61,408 nucleotides of DNA, taken from NCBI GenBank assembly GCA_036504175.1, contig DASXVR010000094.1, positions 1-61,408 of the forward strand, in the 5' to 3' direction. The stretch's first letter is position 1. The number at the start of each line of letters is the position of its first letter. Positions 1 to 9,097 of the stretch are shown in pieces. The DNA is from Actinotalea sp. (GTDB lineage: Bacteria > Actinomycetota > Actinomycetes > Actinomycetales > Cellulomonadaceae). Below the pieces are notes generated by a model that did no database searches, was not told the origin of the DNA, and saw only the letters and a list, made by a program, of their open reading frames with translations. Made by a program: the position numbers and the translations under genes.

Positions 1-2023
1 CCCGGTAGAAGTCCCTGACGACCTCGGCCGCCTGCCTCGGGGTCGTGGCGTCGCTCCAGCTGAAGCCACGCAGCGCCAGACGATGTCGCAGCTCGGCCCA
101 CCACTCGACCGGACCGTCGGGGACCGTCACGTCGTTGCGACGGTGGCGGACCATCCAGGTCAGGACCAGGGCCGCGAGGAGGACGGCGACGCCCATCGAC
201 ACCGCAGTGATCTGGACCAGGGAGATCCTGGTCGTCCCGAAGGTGACGTCGCTGCCGCGTCCGCCGGAGCCGCCTCCGGCGTTGTCGATGCCGCCGCCGC
301 GCGGACGGTTGGTCGCCGATGTCGGGATGCCGCCCGGGGGCACGAAGGTCCCGGCGAACGGGTCCGCGTACAGCGGTGGGGCACCGGTCTGCTCGGCCGG
401 TGTCGGCTCGAACCGCACCCATCCCGCGTCCTGGAAGTAGAGCTCCGGCCACGCATGGGCCTGCTTGCCCGAGACCACGTACTCGCCGGGGGCCTCGGTG
501 GGCCGCCCGGGCAGGAAGCCGATCGCAAGCCGCGACGGGATGCCGATCATGCGTGCCATGACCGTCATGGCCGTGGCGTACTGCACGCAGTAGCCGGTCC
601 GGGCCGTCAGGAAGTCCCAGACGGCGTCCTGCGTCTGGGCCGGCGGCACCTCGGTCGAGTACGTGAAGTTCTGCACGTTGCGGAAGTAGGACTGCAGCGC
701 CAGGGCGCGGTCGTAGGTCGTCGTCGCCCCGGCCACGATGCTCTCCGCCGTCGCGCGGATGTCTGCGATCGACGGCGTCTGCGGCACGGCCAGCATCGCC
801 GCCTCGGTCTGGGGGTCGAGAGCTCCGGGGACGTCGCCGCGGAGCCGGTCGGGGGTCAGGTCGCGGCGGGCGACGGTGACCACGTAGCTCGTGTTCTGCG
901 TCGATCGCCCGGTCCCGATCACCTCGTCGCGCCCGGCGTCGTACAGCCAGCTGCCGTCGATCTCCAGGTGGCGGGGACCTGTCGGGATCGGCAGGTGGTC
1001 CTGGGCCAGGTCGCCGACGCGGATCGAGATCGTGTCGGTCTCGGCCGGGTCGGGCTCGGTGGCCCCGCTCGGCCACAGCCAGCCGCTCGTCGCCGTCAGG
1101 CCGCCGCCGAAGGTCTCACCGCGATGCCACTCGGTGCCGTCGAAGTCGGCCATCGTGTACATCCGCAACGGTCCGATGTCCGGTGACTCGGTCGTGTAGG
1201 TGAGGATCGGGCGGCCGGACCGCTGGGCCAGGCTCGAGCGCATGTCCAGCTCGGTCGACAGCTGGAGCGGGCCACCCACGCCCGCCGGACCCCAGGTGGC
1301 GGGCAGCCGGACCGAGCCGAAGAACGGCAGCGCGGCGGTGGCCGGCCCGATCACGAGCGCGAGCGCGGTGACGGCGGCCGCCCCCACGAGCGCCGGCCCG
1401 GTGTCGACCCCGAGCATCCGTCCGGCGCCGCCGGAGGCAGGTCTGGTCACCGTGAGCAGGAGCAGGAACGACATGCCGCCGACGAGCAGGACCAGCACGG
1501 AGGGGGTCCGCTCGAAGGCGACGGCGGGTGTCCAGAGGGCGATCACGACGAGCCCGCTCAGTCCGGCACGACCGAGTCCCAGCGCGACGAGGTCCGCGAC
1601 CAGGAAGGCGAGGACCGCGCCGCACACGACCAGCAGCTCGAGTCCGCGGGCGGGCTCGACGGGGATGTGGCCGTCGGTCACGGCTGTGATGCCGCTGCGC
1701 GCGAGACGCAGGAACCGGTCGAGGCTCTCCGGCGTGGGAACGGGAACTGACAGGGCCGTGCCTCGCCCGGCGTACAGGGAGGCGACCAGGAGCACCGCCA
1801 CGAGCAGACCCCACCCGGACGGAGCCAGCCGCGACCGGGACCGGTGCCGCGAGGCAGCGGTGACGGCCACCAGGAGGAGGACGGCCGCCACGCTGACCGA
1901 GCGCCATGGCCCGTCAGCCACCAGCGAGCTCAGGGACCAGACCCCGCTGAGCACGGCCACGGCGACGAGGACTCCGCCGGCCCACGCACGCTCGCCACCG
2001 ACGGGGGCGGTCCGTGCGGTCAT
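1..2023 (-). CDS. Membrane transglutaminase-like (TgpA/DUF3488-type) protein, 3' end beyond the window
   Basis: Manual minus-strand translation from the ATG at 2023 (ATGA overlap with the DUF58 stop). N-terminal hydrophobic helices are followed by DFLTARTGYCVQYATAM...GIPSRLAIGFLPG...AHAWPELYF..GWVRFEPTP, the transglutaminase-like core. Absent from the ORF track because it runs off the edge. Confidence 0.88.
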   Translation of the reverse strand, partial: MTARTAPVGGERAWAGGVLVAVAVLSGVWSLSSLVADGPWRSVSVAAVLLLVAVTAASRHRSRSRLAPSGWGLLVAVLLVASLYAGRGTALSVPVPTPESLDRFLRLARSGITAVTDGHIPVEPARGLELLVVCGAVLAFLVADLVALGLGRAGLSGLVVIALWTPAVAFERTPSVLVLLVGGMSFLLLLTVTRPASGGAGRMLGVDTGPALVGAAAVTALALVIGPATAALPFFGSVRLPATWGPAGVGGPLQLSTELDMRSSLAQRSGRPILTYTTESPDIGPLRMYTMADFDGTEWHRGETFGGGLTATSGWLWPSGATEPDPAETDTISIRVGDLAQDHLPIPTGPRHLEIDGSWLYDAGRDEVIGTGRSTQNTSYVVTVARRDLTPDRLRGDVPGALDPQTEAAMLAVPQTPSIADIRATAESIVAGATTTYDRALALQSYFRNVQNFTYSTEVPPAQTQDAVWDFLTARTGYCVQYATAMTVMARMIGIPSRLAIGFLPGRPTEAPGEYVVSGKQAHAWPELYFQDAGWVRFEPTPAEQTGAPPLYADPFAGTFVPPGGIPTSATNRPRGGGIDNAGGGSGGRGSDVTFGTTRISLVQITAVSMGVAVLLAALVLTWMVRHRRNDVTVPDGPVEWWAELRHRLALRGFSWSDATTPRQAAEVVRDFYR

Positions 2024-3294
2024 CGGGTCACCACCCTGTGGACGTGGGAGTCGACGAGACGGTCCCAACAGACGGTGAGGTCCTCACCGGGCGTGACGGC
2101 GCAGGCGGCCCACCCGGCTCGGCGCAGCCCTTCCAGTGTGCGCCTCTCCTCGGGGGTCGGTTCCTCGTGGTGGCCCAGACGTCCCGTGCGCACCATGACC
2201 CAGCCGTGGCTGTCGGCGCCCACCCGCGCCATCGCGTCGAGCGCGTCGGCGTCGAGCGGCCCGACCACGGCGAACACCAGCTCCGCGCCGCCGCCCTGGG
2301 CTGCCAGCGTGTCCACGGCGGCGAGGAGCCAGGCGTCGCGCGTACCCCGGTTGGGCGGGAGGGTCAGGTCGACCGTCTGGTCCAGCAGTGCGTCGACGGC
2401 CCGGCCGTCCGTGTCGGGCCGGTGGTGGTCGGTGCTCGCGCCCAGGACGTCACCTCCCAGCAGGCGCACGTGGTGGCCGGCAGCCACGAGGGCGACGGCG
2501 AGGGAGGCGGCCGCCGAGATGGACCACTCCGCGCTCTCGGACTCCATCGGCAGGTCGAGGAGCACGCTCGACGGACGGCGTCCCGAGCGCTCGTCCTGTC
2601 GCACCACGAGCTCCCCGCGTCGCGCGCTGCTGCGCCAGTGCACGCGACGCAGGTCGTCGCCCGTCTGGTAGTCGCGGAGCAGCGCGTCGTCCGCGGAGGG
2701 TGTCCGGGCGCCGAGGGCCACCCGGTCGACGTCGGTGGACGCGGCCCGGTTGACGATGCTGAGCCTGGTGATGCGGGGACGCACCGCCACCAGGACGGGC
2801 GGGCCAAGAGGTCCGCGCCACCGCGCCACGCCGAAGATGTCCGAGCGCTGGACCTCCAGCGGCCCGACGGCCCACCGGCCGCGGTGGTCGGGCTGGATGT
2901 GGTAGCTCAGGGTCAGCCTGCCCCGCGTGCGGTGCACCCGGGCGCGCAGCGTCGTCGGCCCGGACAGCTCCCGGGCCGCCCGCTCCGCGACCTGGAGGCG
3001 GTCGAGCCGGTGCGCACCCCCGGTGCTCGTGACGTCGACCTGGACCACCGCGCGCTCACCCACGGTGACCGGGTGCGGGGTGACGTGACGGACCAGGCGC
3101 AGGCGCCCGCGTTCCTGGGCGTTGGCCTCGACGAGCAGCGAGACCACCGCGGCCCCGACGGCGACGACCAGCAGGGCACCGACCTGGACCAGGACGCCGA
3201 CGCCGACGAGCACGCCCGACACGAGGGTCATGCCGCCGAGGGCAGCCATCGCCAGCCCACGCGAGGTGAGCCGGATCCGCCGGGCGGCGGGCAT
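2020..3294 (-). CDS. DUF58 domain protein
   Basis: Motif LRDYQTGDDLRRVHWRSSARRGELVVRQDE, N-terminal TM segment, RGRWAVGPL. The ATG at 3294 overlaps the moxR stop. Confidence 0.9.
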   Translation of the reverse strand: MPAARRIRLTSRGLAMAALGGMTLVSGVLVGVGVLVQVGALLVVAVGAAVVSLLVEANAQERGRLRLVRHVTPHPVTVGERAVVQVDVTSTGGAHRLDRLQVAERAARELSGPTTLRARVHRTRGRLTLSYHIQPDHRGRWAVGPLEVQRSDIFGVARWRGPLGPPVLVAVRPRITRLSIVNRAASTDVDRVALGARTPSADDALLRDYQTGDDLRRVHWRSSARRGELVVRQDERSGRRPSSVLLDLPMESESAEWSISAAASLAVALVAAGHHVRLLGGDVLGASTDHHRPDTDGRAVDALLDQTVDLTLPPNRGTRDAWLLAAVDTLAAQGGGAELVFAVVGPLDADALDAMARVGADSHGWVMVRTGRLGHHEEPTPEERRTLEGLRRAGWAACAVTPGEDLTVCWDRLVDSHVHRVVTR

Positions 3295-4298
3295 CAGCCG
3301 ATCGCGCGGCGGTCCGGCGCCGCGTTGCGACCCGAGACCGGAAGCCGCGTCCTGGAGATGATCGCCGCCAGCGTGTCCTCGACCGAGCGGCCCGCCAGGC
3401 GGGCGTCGGTGCTGGCCAGCAGGCGGTGGGCGAGGACCGGCTCGGCCAGGTCCTGGACGTCGTCGGGCAGCACGTGGTCGCGGCCGGCCATCGCGGCAGC
3501 AGCCTTGGAGGCGCGCAGGAGCTGGATGCCGGCACGGGGGGATGCGCCGAGCCGCAGCATCGGGTCGGTGCGGGTCGCGGCGGCCAGGTCGACGATGTAC
3601 TGCTTGAGGCCCGGCGCGGCGTACAGCCGTCGGGACACGTCGATGAGCCGGGTGACCTGCTCGAGCGTCGTCACCGGACCCAGGTGCCCGAGGGGGTCGG
3701 CCGCCTCCTGACGGTCCAGCATCTCGACCTCGGCCGCCCGGCTGGGGTAGCCGACGCTGAGCCGTGCCATGAAGCGGTCTCGCTGCGCCTCGGGGAGGGC
3801 GTACGTGCCCTCCATCTCGATCGGGTTCTGGGTCGCGATGACCAGGAACGGCCGGGGGAGGTGGTGCGTGCTGCCGTCGATCGTGGTCTGCGCCTCCTGC
3901 ATGCACTCCAGGAGGGCCGACTGCGTCTTGGGGGAGGCGCGGTTGATCTCGTCGGCGATCACGATGTTGGCGAACACCGGGCCGGGCCGGAACTGGAAGT
4001 CGTTGTGCTGCTGGCGGTAGATGGTCACGCCGGTGAGGTCGCTCGGGAGCAGGTCCGGCGTGAACTGGATCCGCCCGACGGTGCAGTCGACCGACCGGGC
4101 GAGGGCCTTGGCGAGGGTGGTCTTCCCGACGCCCGGCACGTCCTCGAGGAGCAGGTGGCCCTCGGCGAGCAGGACGGCCACCGTCAGCCGCACCAGGTCC
4201 GACCGCCCGGAGATCACGGTCTCCATCGCCGCGCGGATGCGCGCCGAGGTCTCGGCGAGATCGTCGAGCTCGGCGGGCGTGGGCAAGGCGTGGACCAT
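3294..4298 (-). CDS. moxR: MoxR-family AAA+ ATPase
   Basis: GHLLLEDVPGVGKT (Walker A), RIQFTPDLLPSD, DEINRASPKTQSALLE, ATQNPIEMEGTYALPEAQRDRF. Confidence 0.95.
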   Translation of the reverse strand: MVHALPTPAELDDLAETSARIRAAMETVISGRSDLVRLTVAVLLAEGHLLLEDVPGVGKTTLAKALARSVDCTVGRIQFTPDLLPSDLTGVTIYRQQHNDFQFRPGPVFANIVIADEINRASPKTQSALLECMQEAQTTIDGSTHHLPRPFLVIATQNPIEMEGTYALPEAQRDRFMARLSVGYPSRAAEVEMLDRQEAADPLGHLGPVTTLEQVTRLIDVSRRLYAAPGLKQYIVDLAAATRTDPMLRLGASPRAGIQLLRASKAAAAMAGRDHVLPDDVQDLAEPVLAHRLLASTDARLAGRSVEDTLAAIISRTRLPVSGRNAAPDRRAIG

Positions 4299-4324
4299 GG
4301 CGACCCCTTCGTCGGACTGCTCAG

Positions 4325-4360
4325 AGCGTAGGTGAACCGCGCCACCTGGGGCGACGTTCC
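4325..4360 (-). promoter_or_regulatory. Candidate moxR operon promoter(s): TACGCT -10 element and an ECF-type GGAAC-N18-GTT
   Basis: The minus strand reads GGAAC(4360-4356)-18 nt-GTT(4337-4335), then TACGCT (4330-4325), upstream of GAAGGGG and the ATG at 4298. Confidence 0.4.
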
Positions 4361-4395
4361 GGCAAGAAGATCAGCGGCTCCCCGCCCAGGCCGGC

Positions 4396-4667
4396 CTCCA
4401 CTTCGCTCCACCTGCGCGCGCCGGCACCGCGGGGCCCGCCCTGGACCCCAAGCCGTCGTGCTCGCGGAGCCGATCCGGACGCCCGTCCCGGTGGTCGAGC
4501 GCCCTGGCGCGACGTCTGGACGGCGGCCAGTGACCTCGTTTCCCCTCCACTCCGCACCACCGCCGCTGACCTGCGGCGATGCCGGGGGAGCCGCTCGACA
4601 CGACGTCTTTCACCCTTGCTGGTGGAGGATTGTGGAGTAATGTGGGGCCACCTGGGGAGGAGCGGGC
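4396..4667. promoter_or_regulatory. MraZ operator boxes (GTGG[A/G]G, 10-bp period) in three clusters
   Basis: Plus strand: GTGGAG 4622, GTGGAG 4632, GTGGGG 4642, CTGGGG 4652. Inverted copies: CTCCAC 4545 and CACCAC 4555; CTCCAC 4396 and 4406. This matches the known MraZ direct-repeat operator. Confidence 0.75.
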
Positions 4668-4707
4668 CTCCCCGATGTGGACAAACGGTGCGGGGGAGGT
4701 GGCGCAA

Positions 4708-5172
4708 GTGGCCGGCGACACCAGCTCGACCACCTACAGCCCCTTCCTCGGGACCTACACCCCGCGACTGGACGACAAAGGGCGGCTGATCCTCCCGTCG
4801 AAGTTCCGTGCCCAGCTCGCCGGTGGCCTGGTGATGGCCCGTGGGCAGGAGCGCTGCCTCTTCGTCTTCCCCGTCGAGGAGTTCCGCCGCCTGCACGACC
4901 AGGTCCGCGCCGCCCCCGTGACGAGCAAGCAGGCGCGCGACTACCTGCGTGTGCTGCTCTCCGGCGCCCACGACGACGTCCCGGACAAGCAGGGCCGCCT
5001 GTCGATCCCCGCCGGGCTGCGTGCCTACGCCGGGCTGGACCGTGACGTCGCCGTCATCGGCGCCGGCACCCGCGTCGAGATCTGGGACGCACGGGCCTGG
5101 GAGACCTACCTCGAGGAGCAGGTCACCCAGTACGCCGAGACGGCCGAGGAGGTGTTCCCCGGTGTCTTCTGA
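4708..5172 (+). CDS. mraZ: Division/cell wall cluster transcriptional repressor MraZ
   Basis: [22 protein letters not shown]...DKQGRLSIP...[16 protein letters not shown] precedes the GTG at 4708 (start inferred). Confidence 0.95.
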   Translation: MAGDTSSTTYSPFLGTYTPRLDDKGRLILPSKFRAQLAGGLVMARGQERCLFVFPVEEFRRLHDQVRAAPVTSKQARDYLRVLLSGAHDDVPDKQGRLSIPAGLRAYAGLDRDVAVIGAGTRVEIWDARAWETYLEEQVTQYAETAEEVFPGVF

Positions 5173-5208
5173 GTGACCCGCCGGACGCGGCCGGACGCCG
5201 CCCGACGA

Positions 5209-5268
5209 GGTCTCTCCCCGCCCGCTCTGACGCACTTCCCCGGTGTCAGAGGGCTGCGGTGGGAGACC
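5209..5268 (+). ncRNA. mraW RNA motif (actinobacterial cis-element upstream of rsmH/mraW)
   Basis: Long hairpin GGTCTC...CTCTGAC-GCA-CTTCCCC-GGT-GTCAGAG...GAGACC with the CUUCCCC loop, located between mraZ and rsmH. Confidence 0.85.
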
Positions 5269-5378
5269 TGGCCGGACGGACCCGGTCCCCGCAGACCCGC
5301 TGGACGGGTCGGCACAGCAGCACGAACCAGCACGCGAAGCACGGCGGCACTCGACGAGGCCCGGACGGAGGAGGTGGC

Positions 5379-6386
5379 ATGGAGCAGGAGCAGCGCCCGA
5401 CGGCGTCGCGGCACACCCCCGTGCTTCTCGACCGGTGCGTCGACCTCCTGGCTCCCGCGCTCACCGGACCTGACGCCGTCCTCGTCGACCTCACGCTCGG
5501 CATGGGCGGGCACAGCGAGGCGCTCCTGGCCCGCTTCCCGACCCTGCGCGTCGTCGCCCTCGATCGCGACCTGGAGGCGATCAGGCTCGCCGGCGAGCGG
5601 CTGGCCCCGTTCGGCGACCGGTTCACCGCCGTGCACGCCGTGTACGACGAGGTGCTCGAGGTCGTGGCCGAGGTGGTCGGGCACCCCGTGCAGGGCGTCC
5701 TCGGTGACCTGGGGGTCTCCTCGCTGCAGCTGGACGAGGCCGAGCGCGGCTTCTCCTACGCGCACGACGCCCCGCTGGACATGCGGATGGACCCCACCAC
5801 GGGCCTGACCGCCGCCGACGTGCTGAACACCTACCCCGAGGCGGAGATCGTGCGGATCCTGCGGCAGTACGGCGAAGAGCGCTTCGCGCCGCGGATCGCT
5901 CGCACCGTCGTCGCCCGCCGCGCGCTCTCGCCACTGACGCGCACCGGCGAGCTCGTGCAGATCGTCAGGATCGCCATCCCCGCCGCAGCGCGGACCACCG
6001 GCGGCAACCCGGCGAAGCGCACGTTCCAGGCGCTGCGGATCGAGGTCAACGCCGAGCTCGAGGTCCTCGAGCGGATGCTCCCGGCGGCCGTGGAGAGCCT
6101 GGCCGTGGGCGGACGGATCGTCATGATGGCCTACCAGTCGCTCGAGGACCGGCTGGTCAAGCGCGCCTTCGCCCGCGGCGCGGTGTCCAGTGCCCCGGCG
6201 GGTCTTCCGGTCGAGCCGGAGACCCACCGCCCCTACCTGACCCTGCTCACCCGCGGTGCGGAGCAGGCCGGCGCCGACGAGCTCGAGGCCAACCCGCGAT
6301 CGGCCTCGGTGCGCCTGCGCGCGGCCGAGCGGGTGCGGGCGACCCCTGACCACCTGCGCGTCGTGACGGCCAGGTGGGCCGCATGA
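5379..6386 (+). CDS. rsmH: 16S rRNA m4C1402 methyltransferase RsmH (MraW)
   Basis: [66 protein letters not shown] precedes the ATG at 5379. Confidence 0.97.
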   Translation: MEQEQRPTASRHTPVLLDRCVDLLAPALTGPDAVLVDLTLGMGGHSEALLARFPTLRVVALDRDLEAIRLAGERLAPFGDRFTAVHAVYDEVLEVVAEVVGHPVQGVLGDLGVSSLQLDEAERGFSYAHDAPLDMRMDPTTGLTAADVLNTYPEAEIVRILRQYGEERFAPRIARTVVARRALSPLTRTGELVQIVRIAIPAAARTTGGNPAKRTFQALRIEVNAELEVLERMLPAAVESLAVGGRIVMMAYQSLEDRLVKRAFARGAVSSAPAGLPVEPETHRPYLTLLTRGAEQAGADELEANPRSASVRLRAAERVRATPDHLRVVTARWAA

Positions 6387-6832
6387 GCGCCGCCCAGGCG
6401 ACAGCGGTCCGGGCCGGCGCCGCCCCGGCGCCCCGGCCGTCGACCTCCCCGGGCCGTGCGCCCGGCCGGCCGGCACCCGCAGCGCCCCGGCTCAGGGTGG
6501 TCCGTGCCCCGGCTCACGCCTCGACCCGCCTGCCGTTCGTGCTGCTCTGCATGGCGGTGCTCGCGTCCGCCCTGCTGGGCGCCCTGCTGCTGAACACGTC
6601 GATGGCCCAGGGGGAGTACGAGCGCCAGAACCTGCAGAGCCGCCTGTCGACCTCGACCCAGAACCTGCAGGCCATCGAGGCACAGCTCCAGCGCTCGACG
6701 TCGCCCGACGAGCTCGCGGCCTCGGCGCGGGCGCTCGGCATGGTGCTGGTCCCGGCATCGCAGGGCGGCTACCTCCGGCTCAGCGACGGCGCCGTCCTCG
6801 GCAACCCGACCCCGGCCGGGACTGCGGGATGA
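6383..6832 (+). CDS. ftsL: Cell division protein FtsL-like (one TM plus coiled coil)
   Basis: Lies between rsmH and ftsI with ATGA overlaps. [22 protein letters not shown], then a coiled coil and [11 protein letters not shown]. Confidence 0.75.
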   Translation: MSAAQATAVRAGAAPAPRPSTSPGRAPGRPAPAAPRLRVVRAPAHASTRLPFVLLCMAVLASALLGALLLNTSMAQGEYERQNLQSRLSTSTQNLQAIEAQLQRSTSPDELAASARALGMVLVPASQGGYLRLSDGAVLGNPTPAGTAG

Positions 6833-9054
6833 ACCCCGAGAGCCGGACCAGCGACCCGGCCCGGCGCCCGCAGGGCCGCGGCCTCCCCACCCCCACCGCG
6901 CAGCCCTCAGGAGCGCCTGGGCCTCGCGCACGGGCAACCCGTCCGGCACAGCAGACAACGTCGCGTCCCTCCCCTGAAGGGGCGCGGATGTCGCGTCCCG
7001 CCCGTGAGGGTGCGCCGACGCCGCGTCCCGCCCGTGAGGGTGCGCCGACGACGCGTCCCGCCCGTGAGGGTGCGCAGACGCCGCGGTCGGCCGCACCCGC
7101 CGCCCGGGGACCCATCGGCACAGCGCCGGTCCGCAACCCCCGCCCGGGCGCCGCGAGGACGGCAGCGCCGGTCGATCGCCTGCGTCGGCCCGACGTCGTC
7201 GAGGGCAGCCCGTCGCGTCGCGCACCGCTGCGCGGTGGACCGTCCGGCCGTGGTCCGTCCGGGCGTGGTCCATCGGGGCCGCTCACTCGTCCGGCGTCCT
7301 CAGCGGGCCGCCCCGGTCGCACCCGCAAGGACGTGCACCCCCACCGGCGGCAGTCCTTCATGCTGGCGGGCATCCTCGCCGTCCTGATGGTCTTCTCCGG
7401 CCGGCTGGTGGTCGTCCAGGCCTTCCAGGGCCCCGGGCTGGCGGAGACGGCGCTCGCCGAGCGGCTGCACACCGAGTCGATCCCGGGGAACCGGGGCGAC
7501 ATCGTCGACGCCAAGGGCCGCGTGCTGGCCACCTCGGTCGAGCGGTGGAACATCGTCGTCAACCAGGTCCAGCTCGCCAAGGCGGTGCGGGCCGGCGGTG
7601 CCGACGTCTCAGCCGCGGCCGCCTCGCTCGAGCCGCTCCTGGGCGTCCCCGCCGCGGAGCTCGGACCGAAGCTCGTCGGCGACAGGCAGTTCCGCTACCT
7701 GGCCAAGGACCTCGCGCCCGAGGTCTACCACCACGTGATGGCGCTCGGGCTGCCGGGCATCAGCGGCGAGCGGACCACCGACAGGCTCTACCCGGCGGGG
7801 TCGACCGCCGGCAACGTGCTCGGCTTCGTCGGGGCCGACGGCACGGCGCAGGCGGGGCTCGAGTGGGTCTTCCAGAAGGAGCTCGCGGGCACGGCCGGCT
7901 CGGAGACCTACGAGCGCGGTGCCCAGGGCCAGCGCATCCCCACCGGGAAGGACACGGTCGTCCCGGCGGTCGACGGCGCGGACGTGCAGCTGACCATCGA
8001 CAGGGACCTGCAGTACATGGCGCAGTCGGCCCTCGACGCGCAGGTGGCCGCGACAGGTGCCGAGTGGGGTGCCGTCGAGATCGTCAACGTGCGTACGGGC
8101 GAGATCCTCACCCTTGCCGACTCCGGGACCGTCGACCCCAACGACCCGTCTGCGACCCCGGCCGAGCGTCGTCAGTCCCGCGCGGCCGCGTCGGCGTTCG
8201 AGCCCGGTTCGACGGCGAAGGTGATCACCATGGCCGAGATCCTCGACTCGAAGGTGGCCGAGCCGACGTCGCAGTTCGTCGTGCCCTACGCGTTCCAGGT
8301 GCCCAACGGCCAGACCTTCCACGACTCGCACGAGCACGCCGACCTGCACCTGACCCTGACCGGGATCCTCGCGGAGTCCTCCAACGCCGGCACCGTCATG
8401 GTGGGCCAGCAGGTGCCGCGTGCCGTCCGCCACGACTACCTCGCGAAGTTCGGCTTCGGGCAGCCGACCGGCGCAGGCCTGCCCGGCGAGGCGTCGGGCA
8501 TGCTGCGCGCCGCCGCCGACTGGGACGGCCGCAGCGAGTACGCGGTCCTGTTCGGTCAGGCGGTGTCGGTGACGACGCTCCAGGCCACCCAGGTGTTCGC
8601 GACGCTGGCCAACGACGGCGTGCGGGTCCAGCCGCACATCGTCAAGTCGGTGACCGACGCCGACGGCACGGTGCACCCCACCACCCTCGCGGCCCCGCAG
8701 CAGGTGGTCAGCCCGGACACCGCGCACACCCTGGTCCGCATGCTCGAGAGCGCCGTCACCGACGGGACCGGTGGTCATGCGGCCATCCCCGGGTACCGGA
8801 TCGCGGGCAAGACGGGCACCTCCCAGGCGTTCGAGGGCGGTGGCGTGCAGAAGAACGTCGCCTCGTTCATCGGCATTGCACCGGCGGACAACCCGCAGGT
8901 CGTCGTCTCGGTCGTGCTGTACGCACCCACCTCGTCGATCTACGGCGGCGACGTCGCGGCTCCCGTGTTCAGCCAGGTCGCGGGCTACGCGCTGCAGTAC
9001 CTGGGTGTCCCGCCGAGCGGCACGCAGCCGGACCCGTTCCCCACGACCTGGTGA
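6829..9054 (+). CDS. ftsI: Septal class B penicillin-binding protein FtsI/PBP3
   Basis: RGDIVD dimerisation domain; FEPGSTAK (SxxK), SSN and KTGT motifs; long Arg/Pro-rich cytoplasmic N-terminus (true start uncertain). Confidence 0.93.
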   Translation: MNPESRTSDPARRPQGRGLPTPTAQPSGAPGPRARATRPAQQTTSRPSPEGARMSRPAREGAPTPRPAREGAPTTRPAREGAQTPRSAAPAARGPIGTAPVRNPRPGAARTAAPVDRLRRPDVVEGSPSRRAPLRGGPSGRGPSGRGPSGPLTRPASSAGRPGRTRKDVHPHRRQSFMLAGILAVLMVFSGRLVVVQAFQGPGLAETALAERLHTESIPGNRGDIVDAKGRVLATSVERWNIVVNQVQLAKAVRAGGADVSAAAASLEPLLGVPAAELGPKLVGDRQFRYLAKDLAPEVYHHVMALGLPGISGERTTDRLYPAGSTAGNVLGFVGADGTAQAGLEWVFQKELAGTAGSETYERGAQGQRIPTGKDTVVPAVDGADVQLTIDRDLQYMAQSALDAQVAATGAEWGAVEIVNVRTGEILTLADSGTVDPNDPSATPAERRQSRAAASAFEPGSTAKVITMAEILDSKVAEPTSQFVVPYAFQVPNGQTFHDSHEHADLHLTLTGILAESSNAGTVMVGQQVPRAVRHDYLAKFGFGQPTGAGLPGEASGMLRAAADWDGRSEYAVLFGQAVSVTTLQATQVFATLANDGVRVQPHIVKSVTDADGTVHPTTLAAPQQVVSPDTAHTLVRMLESAVTDGTGGHAAIPGYRIAGKTGTSQAFEGGGVQKNVASFIGIAPADNPQVVVSVVLYAPTSSIYGGDVAAPVFSQVAGYALQYLGVPPSGTQPDPFPTTW
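6961..7080 (+). repeat. 30-bp in-frame tandem repeat x4 (xRPAREGAxx) in the ftsI 5' end
   Basis: Units start at 6961, 6991, 7021 and 7051 with core CGCGTCCCGCCCGTGAGGGTGCGC; the first unit is degenerate. Confidence 0.9.
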
Positions 9055-9097
9055 GCGCCGGACGGCGGACCGGGCGCCGGACGGTAGATTCGTCGCC

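Noticed and set aside
6961-7080. 30-bp repeats as a CRISPR or mobile-element end
   Set aside because: Head-to-tail in-frame coding repeats without spacers, inside ftsI.
8771-9097. Extended N-termini in the ORF track (murE, dnaE, infC, argJ, argB, argD, priA, trmH, thpR and others)
   Set aside because: They overlap upstream genes or promoters. Homology, SD or -10 position and stop/start overlaps support the shorter starts listed.
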